Shown here: one piece after another, positions 8,502 through 21,233 of the stretch | Layout of the letters: each line of letters begins with the position of its first letter | Numbering within the stretch: the stretch's first letter is position 1 | Source of the DNA: Thermoanaerobaculia bacterium | GTDB lineage: Bacteria; Acidobacteriota; Thermoanaerobaculia; UBA5066 | Length of the DNA: 47,782 nt | Direction: 5' to 3' | Assembly: GCA_038245905.1 (NCBI GenBank) | Contig: JBBRRY010000030.1 | Span: 1-47,782 of the forward strand | Translations under genes and position numbers: made by a program | Notes under the pieces: model-generated | Told to the model about the DNA's origin: nothing | Database searches by the model: none | The model's input: only the letters and a program-made list of their open reading frames with translations

Positions 8502-9392
8502 TCAAGGCTCCACCGCGTCGAGGACGGAGTATCGAACCGTATCCTTCCCCTCCCGCTTGCCCTTCAACAGGAGGCCGTCGGCGAGGGCAATCAGGTGCGC
8601 CACATCGCGCGGCGGGACGAGGCACACGAGCGCCCCCATCGTGAGAGTCACCGGAGTTCCGGGCTGCTTCTGCTCCGCCTGCAGCGCCTGGCGGAGCTTC
8701 TCGAGGGTGGAGCGCGCCGCCTCGAGGTCGGTCTCCGGCAGCAGGAGTCCGAACTCGTCCCCGCCGAGGCGCGCCGCCCGGTCCGTGCTTCGAAGCGTCC
8801 GTTTCATCGTGCTCGCGATCGTCCGCAGGACCGCGTCGCCTGCGTGATGGCCGTGCCGGTCGTTGATGTTCTTGAAATCGTCGACGTCCACGTAGACCAG
8901 CGTGAACGGGTGCCGATACCGTGACGCGCGGGCGAGCTCGACGCCCATCTCCTCATGGAAAGAGCGTGCGTTTCCGATTCCGGTGAGGAAATCGGTCCGC
9001 GCGGAATGCACCTCCGCGTCGAGGCGGGTTCGGAGGCGCGTGAGCCCATAAGCGGCGGCCAGGAGAACCGCGAGGCGCCGTGTCGTATTTGCCGCCGCGA
9101 TGGCTGGCCGGGGCTGGGTCGCTTGAAGGGTTTCGACGGCGAGCCAGACACAGACGCTGACGACGGCGACTCCCGTGGCCCTCCGAAACCCCGCGAACCA
9201 GGCGGTCGCTCCGGCGGGAAGTGCATACACGAGGGAGAGTCCGAGCTCGGGCCCGGCGAGGTAGTCGAGGATGCCGAGTGCGAGCGCGAGGCCGAGGGCC
9301 GCGAGCGTCCAGAACCCGGGTCGCCGGACATCCGAGTCGGCCGACGTGGAATCGGAAACGGGAGGTGACTCCGGCGGGGGCTGTGGTTCCAG
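8502..9392 (-). CDS. Membrane-bound diguanylate cyclase (GGDEF)
   Basis: TDFLTGIGN, DVDDFKNINDRHGH and RLGGDEF motifs. The hydrophobic N-terminal frame is open upstream of the track start (9230) to a CTG at 9392, preceded by GGAGAGGAGG. Confidence 0.85.
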   Translation of the reverse strand: MEPQPPPESPPVSDSTSADSDVRRPGFWTLAALGLALALGILDYLAGPELGLSLVYALPAGATAWFAGFRRATGVAVVSVCVWLAVETLQATQPRPAIAAANTTRRLAVLLAAAYGLTRLRTRLDAEVHSARTDFLTGIGNARSFHEEMGVELARASRYRHPFTLVYVDVDDFKNINDRHGHHAGDAVLRTIASTMKRTLRSTDRAARLGGDEFGLLLPETDLEAARSTLEKLRQALQAEQKQPGTPVTLTMGALVCLVPPRDVAHLIALADGLLLKGKREGKDTVRYSVLDAVEP

Positions 9393-9482
9393 AGGGTCCT
9401 CCTCTCCGAGCGATTTCCGGGCGCGAGGATTATTGCCGAGAGCGCGTCGAGGCGAGTCGGGTGTTCCTGGTGTGCGCAGAGA

Positions 9483-9869
9483 TCAGGGGCGCGGCGCCAT
9501 CCCGAGAATCTCCGCGGCTCGCACACGGGCCGCGCGCTCGATGCCTTCGCCCACGATCGAGCAGATGCTCAAGAGGGCGGGGTCCGCGATCGCGTAAAGC
9601 GTGCGGCCCCCCTGCCTCTTGCGGCGGACGATATCCGAGGATAGAAGGACAGCGAGATGTTTGCTCACATTCGCTTGCGTTCCGCCGACGTCGGCCACGA
9701 CCTCGCTTACCGAAGCCTCGCCGCGTGCGAGCCGGCGGAGGATCTTGAGCCGCGTCGGCTCGGAGAGCGCCCGAAAGCGGGTTGCGACCTCCTCGCATCC
9801 CGCGTCCGTTGCGGGCAGACTTGCCGCGCCGCAGGGCGCGCGTCGGCCCGGATCAAGCGCCCGCGGCAC
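9483..9869 (-). CDS. ArsR/SmtB family transcriptional repressor (start uncertain)
   Basis: FRALSEPTRLKIL...SVSEV...TQANVSKHLAVL winged HTH, with Cys near helix 1 and in the C-terminal helix. Confidence 0.88.
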   Translation of the reverse strand: MPRALDPGRRAPCGAASLPATDAGCEEVATRFRALSEPTRLKILRRLARGEASVSEVVADVGGTQANVSKHLAVLLSSDIVRRKRQGGRTLYAIADPALLSICSIVGEGIERAARVRAAEILGMAPRP

Positions 9870-10263
9870 TCGCGATGACTCTCTGGAGGGCGGCTGTGAC
9901 CTCGAGGCCGACGGAAGCGAGCTCGGCGACGCCCACGAGTCCGAGAACGGATCGCGGATCCATCGCACGAACGACCGTCTGGCCGCGCTCGACCGACACG
10001 GTCACGTTGCAGGGAAGGAGGACGCCGACCTCCGGCGCCGCCGACAGAGCCTTGAAGGCCGAAGGGGCATGGCAGGCGCCTAGGATCAGGTAGGGCGGGA
10101 GGTCTACGCCGAGCTTCTTCTTCATCGTGGCCGAGACGTCGATCTCGGTTAGGACGCCGAAGCCCTCGGCCTCGAGAGCTTTGCGAGCGCGGGCGACGGC
10201 CTCCTCGAACGGAAGCGAGGAACGCGCCTCGAGAGCCACGGATGGGGCGGCGGAAATTGTCAT
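9853..10263 (-). CDS. DUF302 domain protein
   Basis: GFGVLTEIDV, YLILGAC, VGVLLPCNV motifs. AAGGAGG RBS. Confidence 0.88.
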   Translation of the reverse strand: MTISAAPSVALEARSSLPFEEAVARARKALEAEGFGVLTEIDVSATMKKKLGVDLPPYLILGACHAPSAFKALSAAPEVGVLLPCNVTVSVERGQTVVRAMDPRSVLGLVGVAELASVGLEVTAALQRVIASAAGA

Positions 10264-10276
10264 GAGGTCCTCCTTT

Positions 10277-10554
10277 TCAGGCGTCCCAGGACTCGAGCGT
10301 CCAAGTGACGACGTGGGGCCGCGACGCGGAGCCTTCGACGCCGGAGAGCGCCGCACGCAGCTCCGGAACGTCCTCGTCCCTCACGAACGACATGATGATC
10401 GTCGACGTCTTCGGGAACGCGGCCGAGCCGAGGTGCCGGCCCGTGGACCCGAAGCCGCGCGCCTCGACCTCCGTGTAGCCGGTCACGCCGGCGCGCTCGA
10501 GGGCGAGCTCGACTTTCTCGCGGCACTCCGTCCCGGCGAGGACCATGAGCATCT

Positions 10555-10558
<4 letters not shown>
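10277..10558 (-). CDS. Small P-II-like transporter-associated protein (PG0541-like)
   Basis: 93 aa, VKMLMV...GVTGYTEVEARGFGSTGRHLGSAAFP (GlnB-like fold pattern). GTGA coupling to the RND stop. Confidence 0.75.
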
Positions 10559-13823
<3,265 letters not shown>

Positions 13824-13827
<4 letters not shown>

Positions 13828-14939
13828 CGGGCGGTTCCCCTCGTGTCCGTTACGGGCGAGCCATCGGCCGGGGCAGCTGCGAGGCCGAGGAGAATCGTCT
13901 CGCCGCCGGCGACGCCGGAGAGGATCTCGACCTTGCCCGCGGAGGAGGCGCCGGTCGTGACGACTCGGGAGCGCGCCCTGCCGGCTTCGTCCTTCATGAC
14001 GACGAGCGTCATGCCGCCGCTCGTGAGGACCGCCGTCTCGGGTACGAGGATGGAGGGCCGCGCCGCGGAGTCGAGGATTGCGTGGCCCGTGAGGCCGGTC
14101 GCGACGGGCGCGCCGGACAGCTCGAGTGTCGCCGTATACGTATGGCTGCCAGGATCGGCGCCGGGAGACATCTCGACGACTGTGCCGGTGAGCGTGCCGG
14201 CGACGCCGTCGACATTCACGGGGAGCTTCTTCCCGACGGCGAGGCCCGACGCGGCGACGGTGCCGGCGGGGACCTGCACGACGAGGCGGCGGCCGGTCGC
14301 GGACTCGACCATCACGAGCGGCCGCCCGGGTGCCGCGAGGTCGCCCGCCTCCACGAGGCGTTGGGACACACGGCCGGCGAAGGGCGCCGTGACGCGGGAC
14401 TCCTTCGCGACGGAGGAGGCTGCTTCCACCGCGCCTTCGCCCTGCTGGACGGCGCCCTTTGCCTGCTCGTACTGCATCCGGGCCATGTCGAGCTCGAGCG
14501 CCGAGGCCGAGTTCGAGGCCGCGAGCGCCTTGTAGCGTTCGTAGTTGCGCTCGGCGAGGGAGAGGGCGGCGCGCGCCTGCGCGGCCGCGCCTTTCGCCTG
14601 CGCCTCTTGGCCCTTCGCCGTCTGGGCGTCGATCTCGACGAGGACGTCGCCGGCCTTCACGAACTGGCCGACGCGGGCGGGAACAGCGACGACGTTCGCC
14701 GTCACGCGCGAAGAGACGGCGGCCGAGCGATCGGCGGTGACGGTCCCATAGAGAGTCAAGCGCTCGGGAAGAGTCGCCCGCTCGACAAGTGCCGTGGCAG
14801 CGGTCACTGGGAGAAGAGAAGGAGAATTCTGCTTAGAAGGTGAATGCGAGCCGCCGCAGCCCGCGAGCGCTGCCGCGAGCAGCCCTCCCACCACCTTCGA
14901 AGAAATTCCGAAACCGAATCCGAATCCGATCTTTCTCAA
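13824..14939 (-). CDS. RND periplasmic adaptor (membrane fusion protein), lipoprotein
   Basis: LAGC lipobox, lipoyl motifs (GQFVKAGDVLVEID, VTAPFAGRV) and alpha hairpin. Confidence 0.92.
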
Positions 14940-16324
14940 TTCGTTCCTCCATTCAAAGCGCTCTCGGGCCGCCGGCCCGCCTTCACGGCGAGCTTCAGGG
15001 CCGCCGCGTGCGCGTCGGCGCGGGCGACGAGCTCGCGCGTCTCGGCCTCCCGGCGGGCCGACGCGGCGTCCAGGAGATCCAGCGTCTTGACGACGCCCGC
15101 CCGGAACCGGTCGTTCGTGATCCGTTCGCCCTCGCGCGCGGCCGCGAGCGCCTTCTCGGCGGTCGCGTGCCGGGCCTCGGCCGTCTTCGCTTCTTCGTAT
15201 GCCTTCCTCACCTCGAGGCGGACGCCCTCGCCGAAGCGGGCGACGTCCTCGCGCCCGGCCCTCGCGTCCGCCCGGGCCGCGACGGCGGCCGCGCGGTCAG
15301 CGCCTCCCTGGAAGAGGTTCCACGTCGCAACCGCCGTGATGGAGCCGGACGTCCCGGTCGAGCCAAACGGCTTGTCGCCATACAGCTCACCCTTCCCGAC
15401 GAGCGCGAGCTTCGGCCAGAAGGGCGCCTTCTTCACTTTCTCCTCGAGCTCGCCCGCCGCGAGGAGTTTCTTCGCCGACGCGAGGTCGGTGCGGCCCGCG
15501 GCGGTCGCGAGCCATCCCTCGACGGGCGTCGCGACGGGGCGCGGGTCCGGAAGGGGGGCGAGCGTCCAGGTGGCGCCGCCGTCGGCCCCGAGCCGGAAGG
15601 CGAGGTTTGCGTTCGCGACGCGGACGCGGCCTTCGGCTTCGGTCAGGAGGTCGTCGGTCTTCGCGAGCTCGACCTCGGCCCTCAGGAGCTCGGACTTCAC
15701 GATCATGCCCTGCCCGACGTAGTCGCCCGCGAGCTTGACGTGGGCGGCGACCGTCTCGCGCGCCTTGTGGAGGAGGGCCTCGTACTCCTCGGCCTGCGCG
15801 ACCATGACGTAGGCCTCGGCGGCGGCGAGGGCCGCGTTGTCGGCCGCCCACGACGACGTGTCGGCGGCCGACTCGGCAGCGAGCTTCGCCTGGTCGATCT
15901 TTCCCGAGAGCTCGCCGCCCGTGAAGAGCGGGAGGACGATCTCGGCCCGGGTGATCCCCGTGTTCAGCGGCGACGCATCGTTCGGGTTCGACGAGACGAA
16001 CTCCGGAAACGAGAACGTGCCCTGGTTGAGCTTCATCGCGAAGACCTCGGCGGGGTTGTTCGTGCGCATGAAGAGCGACGTCAGATTGAGTGCCGGGAGG
16101 CGCATGGCCTTCGCCTGGGTGGCGCGGGCCTCGGCGGCCTCGAGGCGGGCCGCGGCGGCCGTGACGTCCCGGGCACTCTCCCGGGCCCTCTGCATCGCGC
16201 CGGCGAGGGTCAGGGACGAAGGTGCCGGGTCGGGGGCGGCCGTGGAGGCGGGGTGGGCCGCAAGGGCCGCGGCGGCCGAGAAAACCAGCACGGCGCGTCC
16301 GACGGCAGGGGTCTTGACTGTCAT
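14936..16324 (-). CDS. TolC family outer membrane efflux protein
   Basis: Signal peptide, LPLFTGG and WNLFQGG repeats, first gene of the MFP/RND operon. Confidence 0.9.
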   Translation of the reverse strand: MTVKTPAVGRAVLVFSAAAALAAHPASTAAPDPAPSSLTLAGAMQRARESARDVTAAAARLEAAEARATQAKAMRLPALNLTSLFMRTNNPAEVFAMKLNQGTFSFPEFVSSNPNDASPLNTGITRAEIVLPLFTGGELSGKIDQAKLAAESAADTSSWAADNAALAAAEAYVMVAQAEEYEALLHKARETVAAHVKLAGDYVGQGMIVKSELLRAEVELAKTDDLLTEAEGRVRVANANLAFRLGADGGATWTLAPLPDPRPVATPVEGWLATAAGRTDLASAKKLLAAGELEEKVKKAPFWPKLALVGKGELYGDKPFGSTGTSGSITAVATWNLFQGGADRAAAVAARADARAGREDVARFGEGVRLEVRKAYEEAKTAEARHATAEKALAAAREGERITNDRFRAGVVKTLDLLDAASARREAETRELVARADAHAAALKLAVKAGRRPESALNGGTN

Positions 16325-16361
16325 GAAAATTACTATATAACTACATATTGATAGATGTCAA
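16325..16361 (-). promoter_or_regulatory. Sigma70 promoter of the TolC-RND operon with overlapping AT-rich putative ArsR operator
   Basis: Minus strand TTGACA-18 nt-TATAGT-7 nt-ATG. Imperfect inverted repeat ATATA-N12-TAGAT in an AT-rich patch between divergent operons. Confidence 0.7.
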
Positions 16362-16394
16362 CCGGCACCGGACGCCGGTTGCAAGGAGAAACAA

Positions 16395-16628
16395 ATGACC
16401 GTCAACGACGCACTCCGCGCCATCGCCGGATTTTTCGTCCTCGCTTCCGTCGCTCTCGGATACTGGGTGCACCCCGGTTTCTTCCTCTTCACGGCCTTCG
16501 TGGGCGTAAACCTGCTCCAGAGCGGGTTTTCCAAGTGGTGCCCGATGATCATGATTCTCAGAAAGGTAGGGCTTAAGGAGACGCTTGACGAGCCAAAGGC
16601 CGCCTGCTGCGCCGGAGAGACGGCGTGA
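16395..16628 (+). CDS. DUF2892/YgaP-like small membrane protein
   Basis: Two TM segments, VGVNLLQSGFSKWCP motif, AAGGAG RBS, C-terminal AACC. Confidence 0.88.
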   Translation: MTVNDALRAIAGFFVLASVALGYWVHPGFFLFTAFVGVNLLQSGFSKWCPMIMILRKVGLKETLDEPKAACCAGETA

Positions 16629-17011
16629 AATACGACGTGTCGTTCCCGGGCGGCGCCGCCGTCGACGCGTCCGTCAACGGGTTCACGGTGAGGACTGACC
16701 AGCCCGCGCCCCTCGGCGCCGGCGCGGCCCCCGCTCCGTTCGACCTCTTCATCGCGTCCATCGCGACGTGCATGGGCTTCTACGCCATGCGCTTCTGTCA
16801 GGAGCGCGGGATCGCGACCGAGGGGCTCGGCCTCTCGCTCGAGACCGTGCGCGACCCGGAGAAAAAACGCCTCTCCTCGATCGACGTCGCGCTGAGGCTG
16901 CCCGCGGGATTCCCCGAGAAATATCGCGGGGCGATCGCCCGGGCCGTCGACCAGTGCGCCGTCAAGAAGCACATGCTCGAGCCGCCCGCGTTCACGCTGA
17001 CGGTCGCCTGA
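16625..17011 (+). CDS. OsmC/YcaO-N-like family protein
   Basis: TDQP...APAPFDLFIASIATC and DQCAVKKH (two conserved Cys). Confidence 0.88.
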   Translation: MKYDVSFPGGAAVDASVNGFTVRTDQPAPLGAGAAPAPFDLFIASIATCMGFYAMRFCQERGIATEGLGLSLETVRDPEKKRLSSIDVALRLPAGFPEKYRGAIARAVDQCAVKKHMLEPPAFTLTVA

Positions 17012-17017
17012 GGCGGG

Positions 17018-17395
17018 TCAGCCCGCGCCGAAGAGTCCCCAGGAGAGCGCGGCGAGGACGAGGAGCGTCACGCCGACGTAGAGCCGGTCCTTCGCGCGCG
17101 CGAACTCGACGAGGCACAGGACGACGCGCGCGATGGGCGTCGCGATGAGGAGAAGGACGCCGAGCTGCATGATTCCGCGCGGATCGGCGTGCGCGGCGTC
17201 GCCGATGACTCCGGAGAGCGTCCGGAATGCCGCGGGCTCACCCCGGAAGACGTGGAAATCCGCCCGGCGTCCCCCATCACGGAAGAGGTAGGGGACGAGT
17301 CCGAGAACGATCACGGCGCCGGAGAGAACGACGCCGAACCGCAGGATGCCTCCGACCTCGCGCGCCAGGCGCCTTCCGCCGCGGCCCGCCGTCAC
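17018..17395 (-). CDS. DUF1634 membrane protein
   Basis: ILRFGV...QLGVLLLIATPIARV...D.LYV motif. GTGA overlap with the TauE gene. Confidence 0.85.
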   Translation of the reverse strand: MTAGRGGRRLAREVGGILRFGVVLSGAVIVLGLVPYLFRDGGRRADFHVFRGEPAAFRTLSGVIGDAAHADPRGIMQLGVLLLIATPIARVVLCLVEFARAKDRLYVGVTLLVLAALSWGLFGAG

Positions 17396-18228
17396 ACCGC
17401 GCCCCTGAGGCCCTGGACGATCATCTGGAAGCCCATCACGAGGACGACCGCCGTGAACACGAGGCGCAGGACGTTCGACCGCACGGCCGAGAGAATCCGC
17501 GCGCCGAGCGCCGACCCCGCGAGGACGCCGAGGACGACGGGCGCGGCGAGCGCGGGGTCGATGTACCCCCGGGCCAGGTAGACGCCCGCACTCGCCGCCG
17601 CCGTCACGCCGATCATGAAGTTGCTCGTCGTCGTCGAGACCTTGTAGGGGAGTCTCAGGACCGTGTCCATCGAGAGGACCTTGAGGGCCCCGGACCCGAT
17701 CCCGAGGAGTCCCGACACGGCGCCCGCGACGACCATCAGGAGCCAGGCGAGGGGAACGCGGCGGGGAAAGTACGCCTGCTCGCCCCGAAGGGACGGATAG
17801 GAGCCGTTCAGGAGCAGCCGCGTCGCGAGCGGGTCCGGTTCCCGGGCCTCTTCCGCCGCGGCGTGCCACCGCCACGAGAGGGCCGTCGTTCCGAGGAGAA
17901 CCGTCCCGAAGATCACGGCGATCGCGGACGTCGCGATACGCGCCGCGAGAAAGGCACCGAAGAGGGCCCCGACGGTCGTCGCGACCTCGAAGAACAGGCC
18001 GATCCTCACATTCGAGAAGCCTTCGCGCACGTAGGCCACGGCGGCGCCGCTCGAGGTCGCGATGACGGCGACGAGCGCGGTTCCGATCGCGTATTTGATG
18101 TCGACGCCGAGCGCGAGCGTGAGGAGCGGGACGAGGACGACTCCGCCGCCGAGGCCCGTGAGGGCGCCGACGAAGCCGGCGGCCGTCGCGCCGAAGAAGA
18201 GGAGCGCCGTAAACCCGAGGATGCTCAC
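17392..18228 (-). CDS. Sulfite exporter TauE/SafE family permease
   Basis: GALTGLGGGVVLVP and SGLLGIGSG repeats, STTTSNFMIGVT. Confidence 0.9.
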   Translation of the reverse strand: MSILGFTALLFFGATAAGFVGALTGLGGGVVLVPLLTLALGVDIKYAIGTALVAVIATSSGAAVAYVREGFSNVRIGLFFEVATTVGALFGAFLAARIATSAIAVIFGTVLLGTTALSWRWHAAAEEAREPDPLATRLLLNGSYPSLRGEQAYFPRRVPLAWLLMVVAGAVSGLLGIGSGALKVLSMDTVLRLPYKVSTTTSNFMIGVTAAASAGVYLARGYIDPALAAPVVLGVLAGSALGARILSAVRSNVLRLVFTAVVLVMGFQMIVQGLRGAV

Positions 18229-18238
18229 GCGCCGACCG

Positions 18239-18946
18239 TCAGCCCGGCTCGGCGAGAATTGACGTGAGTCGCTCGACGACGGCGGCCCCCGCGCTCTTGT
18301 CATACGGGGCGTCGTAGAACGCTGCGAGGTCGAGCGGCGGGTGAAGCGTCAGGTGGCACCTCCGGAGCATCTTCCCCGGGAGCTGCTTGTAGAGAAGGAG
18401 CTCGCGGAAGCCGTCGACGCGCACGGGTACCGCCACCGCCTTCGTGCGGTGGAGGAGCTGGGCGACCCCCGGCCTGAGAGGCGCGCCCTTCAGCGTCGTG
18501 CCGGCGGGGAAGTGAAGCAGCCATCCGTCCGCGATGGCCTCCTCGACTTTCGCGATGCCCTCGAAGTCCGCTCCGCGCTTCACGTCCTTGCCGCCCTCGC
18601 GAAAGCTGCGCCGGAACGTCACGCCGCCGGCTTTCGTGAAGAGCTGGGTGACGAGGTTCTGCTTCATCGTCTCCGTCGCGGCCGAAAAGCGCACGAACGG
18701 GTTCTCGAGCGGCAGGTGATGCCGCACGTACACGAGGTCGAAGAATGCGAACGCCTCCATGAAGTACGTCATGTGGTTCGAGAGGAAGATGACGTTTCGG
18801 CGCGGGAGTGTGTCGATGATTCCGTCGCCCGTGGCGTGAACCCGGTTCAGGAGGCGGAAATAGGGAATCGTGAAGCCGAGCCCGAGGCTCGTGATGAGTC
18901 CGCGGCGAAGCCAGCGGTCGGCGAATGTCGAGGCGAGGCTGGACAA
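18239..18946 (-). CDS. Lysophospholipid acyltransferase (PlsC-like)
   Basis: IFLSNHMTYFME (variant NHx4D block), FPAGT and VPV motifs. Confidence 0.8.
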   Translation of the reverse strand: MSSLASTFADRWLRRGLITSLGLGFTIPYFRLLNRVHATGDGIIDTLPRRNVIFLSNHMTYFMEAFAFFDLVYVRHHLPLENPFVRFSAATETMKQNLVTQLFTKAGGVTFRRSFREGGKDVKRGADFEGIAKVEEAIADGWLLHFPAGTTLKGAPLRPGVAQLLHRTKAVAVPVRVDGFRELLLYKQLPGKMLRRCHLTLHPPLDLAAFYDAPYDKSAGAAVVERLTSILAEPG

Positions 18947-18975
18947 TGTGTGGGGATTCTAGGACGAGGGCGCGG

Positions 18976-19485
18976 TCAGCCGCGTGCGAAGACTTCGATT
19001 CCCCAGACGACCATGTCGGTCGACTTCGGGGCGTGGCCGAGGCGGCGGACCATCGCCGCGATCTGGCCGCGGTGGTACGTCTGGTGGTTCACGACGTGCC
19101 GGACGACCGCCCAGAAAGGCGCCGTCTTCGCCTCGCCCTTGAGGTTCTTCCACGTAAAGGGCCCCGCGAGGCGTTCGGGCGTGAAGGCCGGCAGGGTTCG
19201 CCGGTGCTTCTCCTCGGCGGCGAGCAGGACCCTTGCCGCATCCTCGAGGCCGGGCAGCTCTTCGACCGTCGCGAGGCGCGTTGCGTCCTTTCCGGCGAAG
19301 CGCTCGGCCCAGGCGTCCGTAGCGCCCGCGAGGTGGACGAACGTGGCGCGCAGCGAGGGCCAGCCGCCTCCCTGCTCCTTCACATAATCGGCTTCGGACA
19401 GCGCGCGCAGCGTCTCGAGGACGCGCGCGTTCGCCCAGGAGTTGTAGAGGGTGAGGGAGACGAGGTCGTCCGTTGGAGCGGTCAC
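18976..19485 (-). CDS. DinB family protein
   Basis: YNSWAN, SLRATFVHL and HVVNHQTYHRGQ motifs. GTGA overlap. Confidence 0.9.
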   Translation of the reverse strand: MTAPTDDLVSLTLYNSWANARVLETLRALSEADYVKEQGGGWPSLRATFVHLAGATDAWAERFAGKDATRLATVEELPGLEDAARVLLAAEEKHRRTLPAFTPERLAGPFTWKNLKGEAKTAPFWAVVRHVVNHQTYHRGQIAAMVRRLGHAPKSTDMVVWGIEVFARG

Positions 19486-20474
19486 TTCGCGGGATCCCGG
19501 ACGATGGTGTTCGTGAGGGTGCCGAGCCCGTCGATCGTGAGGCTCACGACGTCGCCCGGCTTCAGCCACTGATCGTGCGTGATCTTCGAGCCGTTCAACT
19601 CGAGGAAGCAGCCGGTCCCGACCGTGCCCGAGCCGATGACTTCTCCGGGCTCGAGAGTCACTCCGTCGGCTGCCCGCTGGATGATCTCGGCGAAGGTCCA
19701 GTTCATCTGGGAGACGTCTCCGTCGGAGACCGGCACGTGATTGACTGTCGCGGTCATGCGTGCTTTCAGGACGTTGCCCTTCAGCGAGGGCGAGAGGCGG
19801 TCCTGGAGATCGTCCTTCGTGACGAGCCACGGCCCAAGGCCCGTCGCGAAGTCCTTGCCCTTGGCCGGGCCCAGGTTGAGCTTCATCTCGTCCATCTGGA
19901 GGGCACGGGCGGAGAAGTCGTTCATGACTCCGTACCCCGCGATAGCGTCGTCCGCCTCTTCGAGCGTCGGGTTCGTGATCCTCTTTCCGATGACGCAGAA
20001 GGCCTCGAGCTCGAAGTCGAGCTTGTCGAGGCGGCCTCGACCGACGCGCAGCTCGCCGGGGCCCACGACCGCGAGCGCGTTCGTGAAGTAGAAGACGGGA
20101 AAGGCGTCGAACTCCGGAATCATCTCGAGGCCCCGGTTCCGGCGCGCCGTCTCGACGTGCCGGCGGAACGCGTAGCCGTCCCGAATCGAGACGGGCCTGG
20201 GAAGCGGCGCGAGGAGCGTGACCGCCTGCTCGGAGTGGAACGCCTCGCGCGGCAGCTCCGAGGCCATTGCTCCCAGAGAGAGCGCGCGCGGAAGGAGCTC
20301 GTCGAGCCTTTCGAGGAAATCGATCATCCCGAGCTTGGCAAAGGCCGCGTCGGCGCGCGCAAAATCGAGGATCCGGTCTTCTCCGACGACCGCCCCGAAA
20401 CGCGGCCTTTGGGCCGCGAAGATGCCCGAGGTCGAGGCATCACCCTCCACGGGGAGGAATGTGACGAGTCTCAT
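19482..20474 (-). CDS. Fumarylacetoacetate hydrolase family protein
   Basis: LDFELE, NDFSAR, KGKDFAT.LGP and GSGT motifs. Confidence 0.92.
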   Translation of the reverse strand: MRLVTFLPVEGDASTSGIFAAQRPRFGAVVGEDRILDFARADAAFAKLGMIDFLERLDELLPRALSLGAMASELPREAFHSEQAVTLLAPLPRPVSIRDGYAFRRHVETARRNRGLEMIPEFDAFPVFYFTNALAVVGPGELRVGRGRLDKLDFELEAFCVIGKRITNPTLEEADDAIAGYGVMNDFSARALQMDEMKLNLGPAKGKDFATGLGPWLVTKDDLQDRLSPSLKGNVLKARMTATVNHVPVSDGDVSQMNWTFAEIIQRAADGVTLEPGEVIGSGTVGTGCFLELNGSKITHDQWLKPGDVVSLTIDGLGTLTNTIVRDPAK

Positions 20475-20527
20475 CGGCTGAGAGTCTATCGCCGCGGACC
20501 TCCGTCCGCCGTAAGCTTCCTGGAGAC

Positions 20528-21214
20528 ATGCCACGCCCGTTCGGCCGCGACCGCATCGCGGGGGCGCGGGAGGGGAAGCTTCTCCTCTCCTGCGCGGAGC
20601 CGAAGGGATGGCGCGCACGCTCTCCAGGGACGGCCACGTCGGCCGACCACCCGGGGACGTGCGTGCGCTGGGAAGGACAGCTCTTCGAGGTCGAGGACCT
20701 CGAGACCCACGCGGACGGGAGTCTCACGTACACGCTCGCCCTCTGGGACGAGCGCCACGCGATCCGCGTCCTCACGACCTACGACGAGGGAACGGAAGCC
20801 GAGAGGATCAAGGAGACACGCGCCGCGACCCGTCGGGTCGAAGGGCGCATGGCGCTGCTCCTCGTGTCGCCGTTCGTGGGAAACCTTCCGGCCTCGGTGC
20901 AGGAACGGCTCGAGCACGAATACAACGTCCGCGCTTCCACGATGTCGGTCGCCTCCGCGCTTCCGCCCTGGATTCTCGGGTGGATCGCCCTCATCTTTCT
21001 CCTGGCGTCGGCGTTCGGGGGCGGGGGCTTCTTCCCGACGCGGGTCCTCGTGTTCGGCGTCTATCTCCTCGCCGAGTCGACGGCCCGTCTCGCCGTCTGC
21101 CTCGTTCAGGACAAGCCAATAGGCTCACCTCTCGGCACGCTCATCTATGAGGTATGGCGCCTCCTCGGGCGCGCGAAGGCCCGAGCCGAAGGGCGGTCCG
21201 TCCCGAGATCCTGA
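20528..21214 (+). CDS. Hypothetical membrane protein
   Basis: 228-aa ORF with host-like codon use, GGAG RBS and C-terminal hydrophobic segments. Confidence 0.7.
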   Translation: MPRPFGRDRIAGAREGKLLLSCAEPKGWRARSPGTATSADHPGTCVRWEGQLFEVEDLETHADGSLTYTLALWDERHAIRVLTTYDEGTEAERIKETRAATRRVEGRMALLLVSPFVGNLPASVQERLEHEYNVRASTMSVASALPPWILGWIALIFLLASAFGGGGFFPTRVLVFGVYLLAESTARLAVCLVQDKPIGSPLGTLIYEVWRLLGRAKARAEGRSVPRS

Positions 21215-21233
21215 TCTTCGCTTCTCGACTGCC

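Noticed and set aside
9393-9485. The ArsR TGA stop is in frame with the GGDEF ORF (possible readthrough or selenocysteine fusion)
   Set aside because: No SECIS-like hairpin is evident, ArsR is complete before the stop, and the GGDEF gene has its own SD and -10-like element. In-frame juxtaposition has a 1-in-3 chance.
14910-14932. CCGAAA/CCGAAT hexamer repeats (GFGFGFG) at the MFP N-terminus
   Set aside because: A short in-frame low-complexity repeat in the signal region; a unit of 6 would not cause phase variation.
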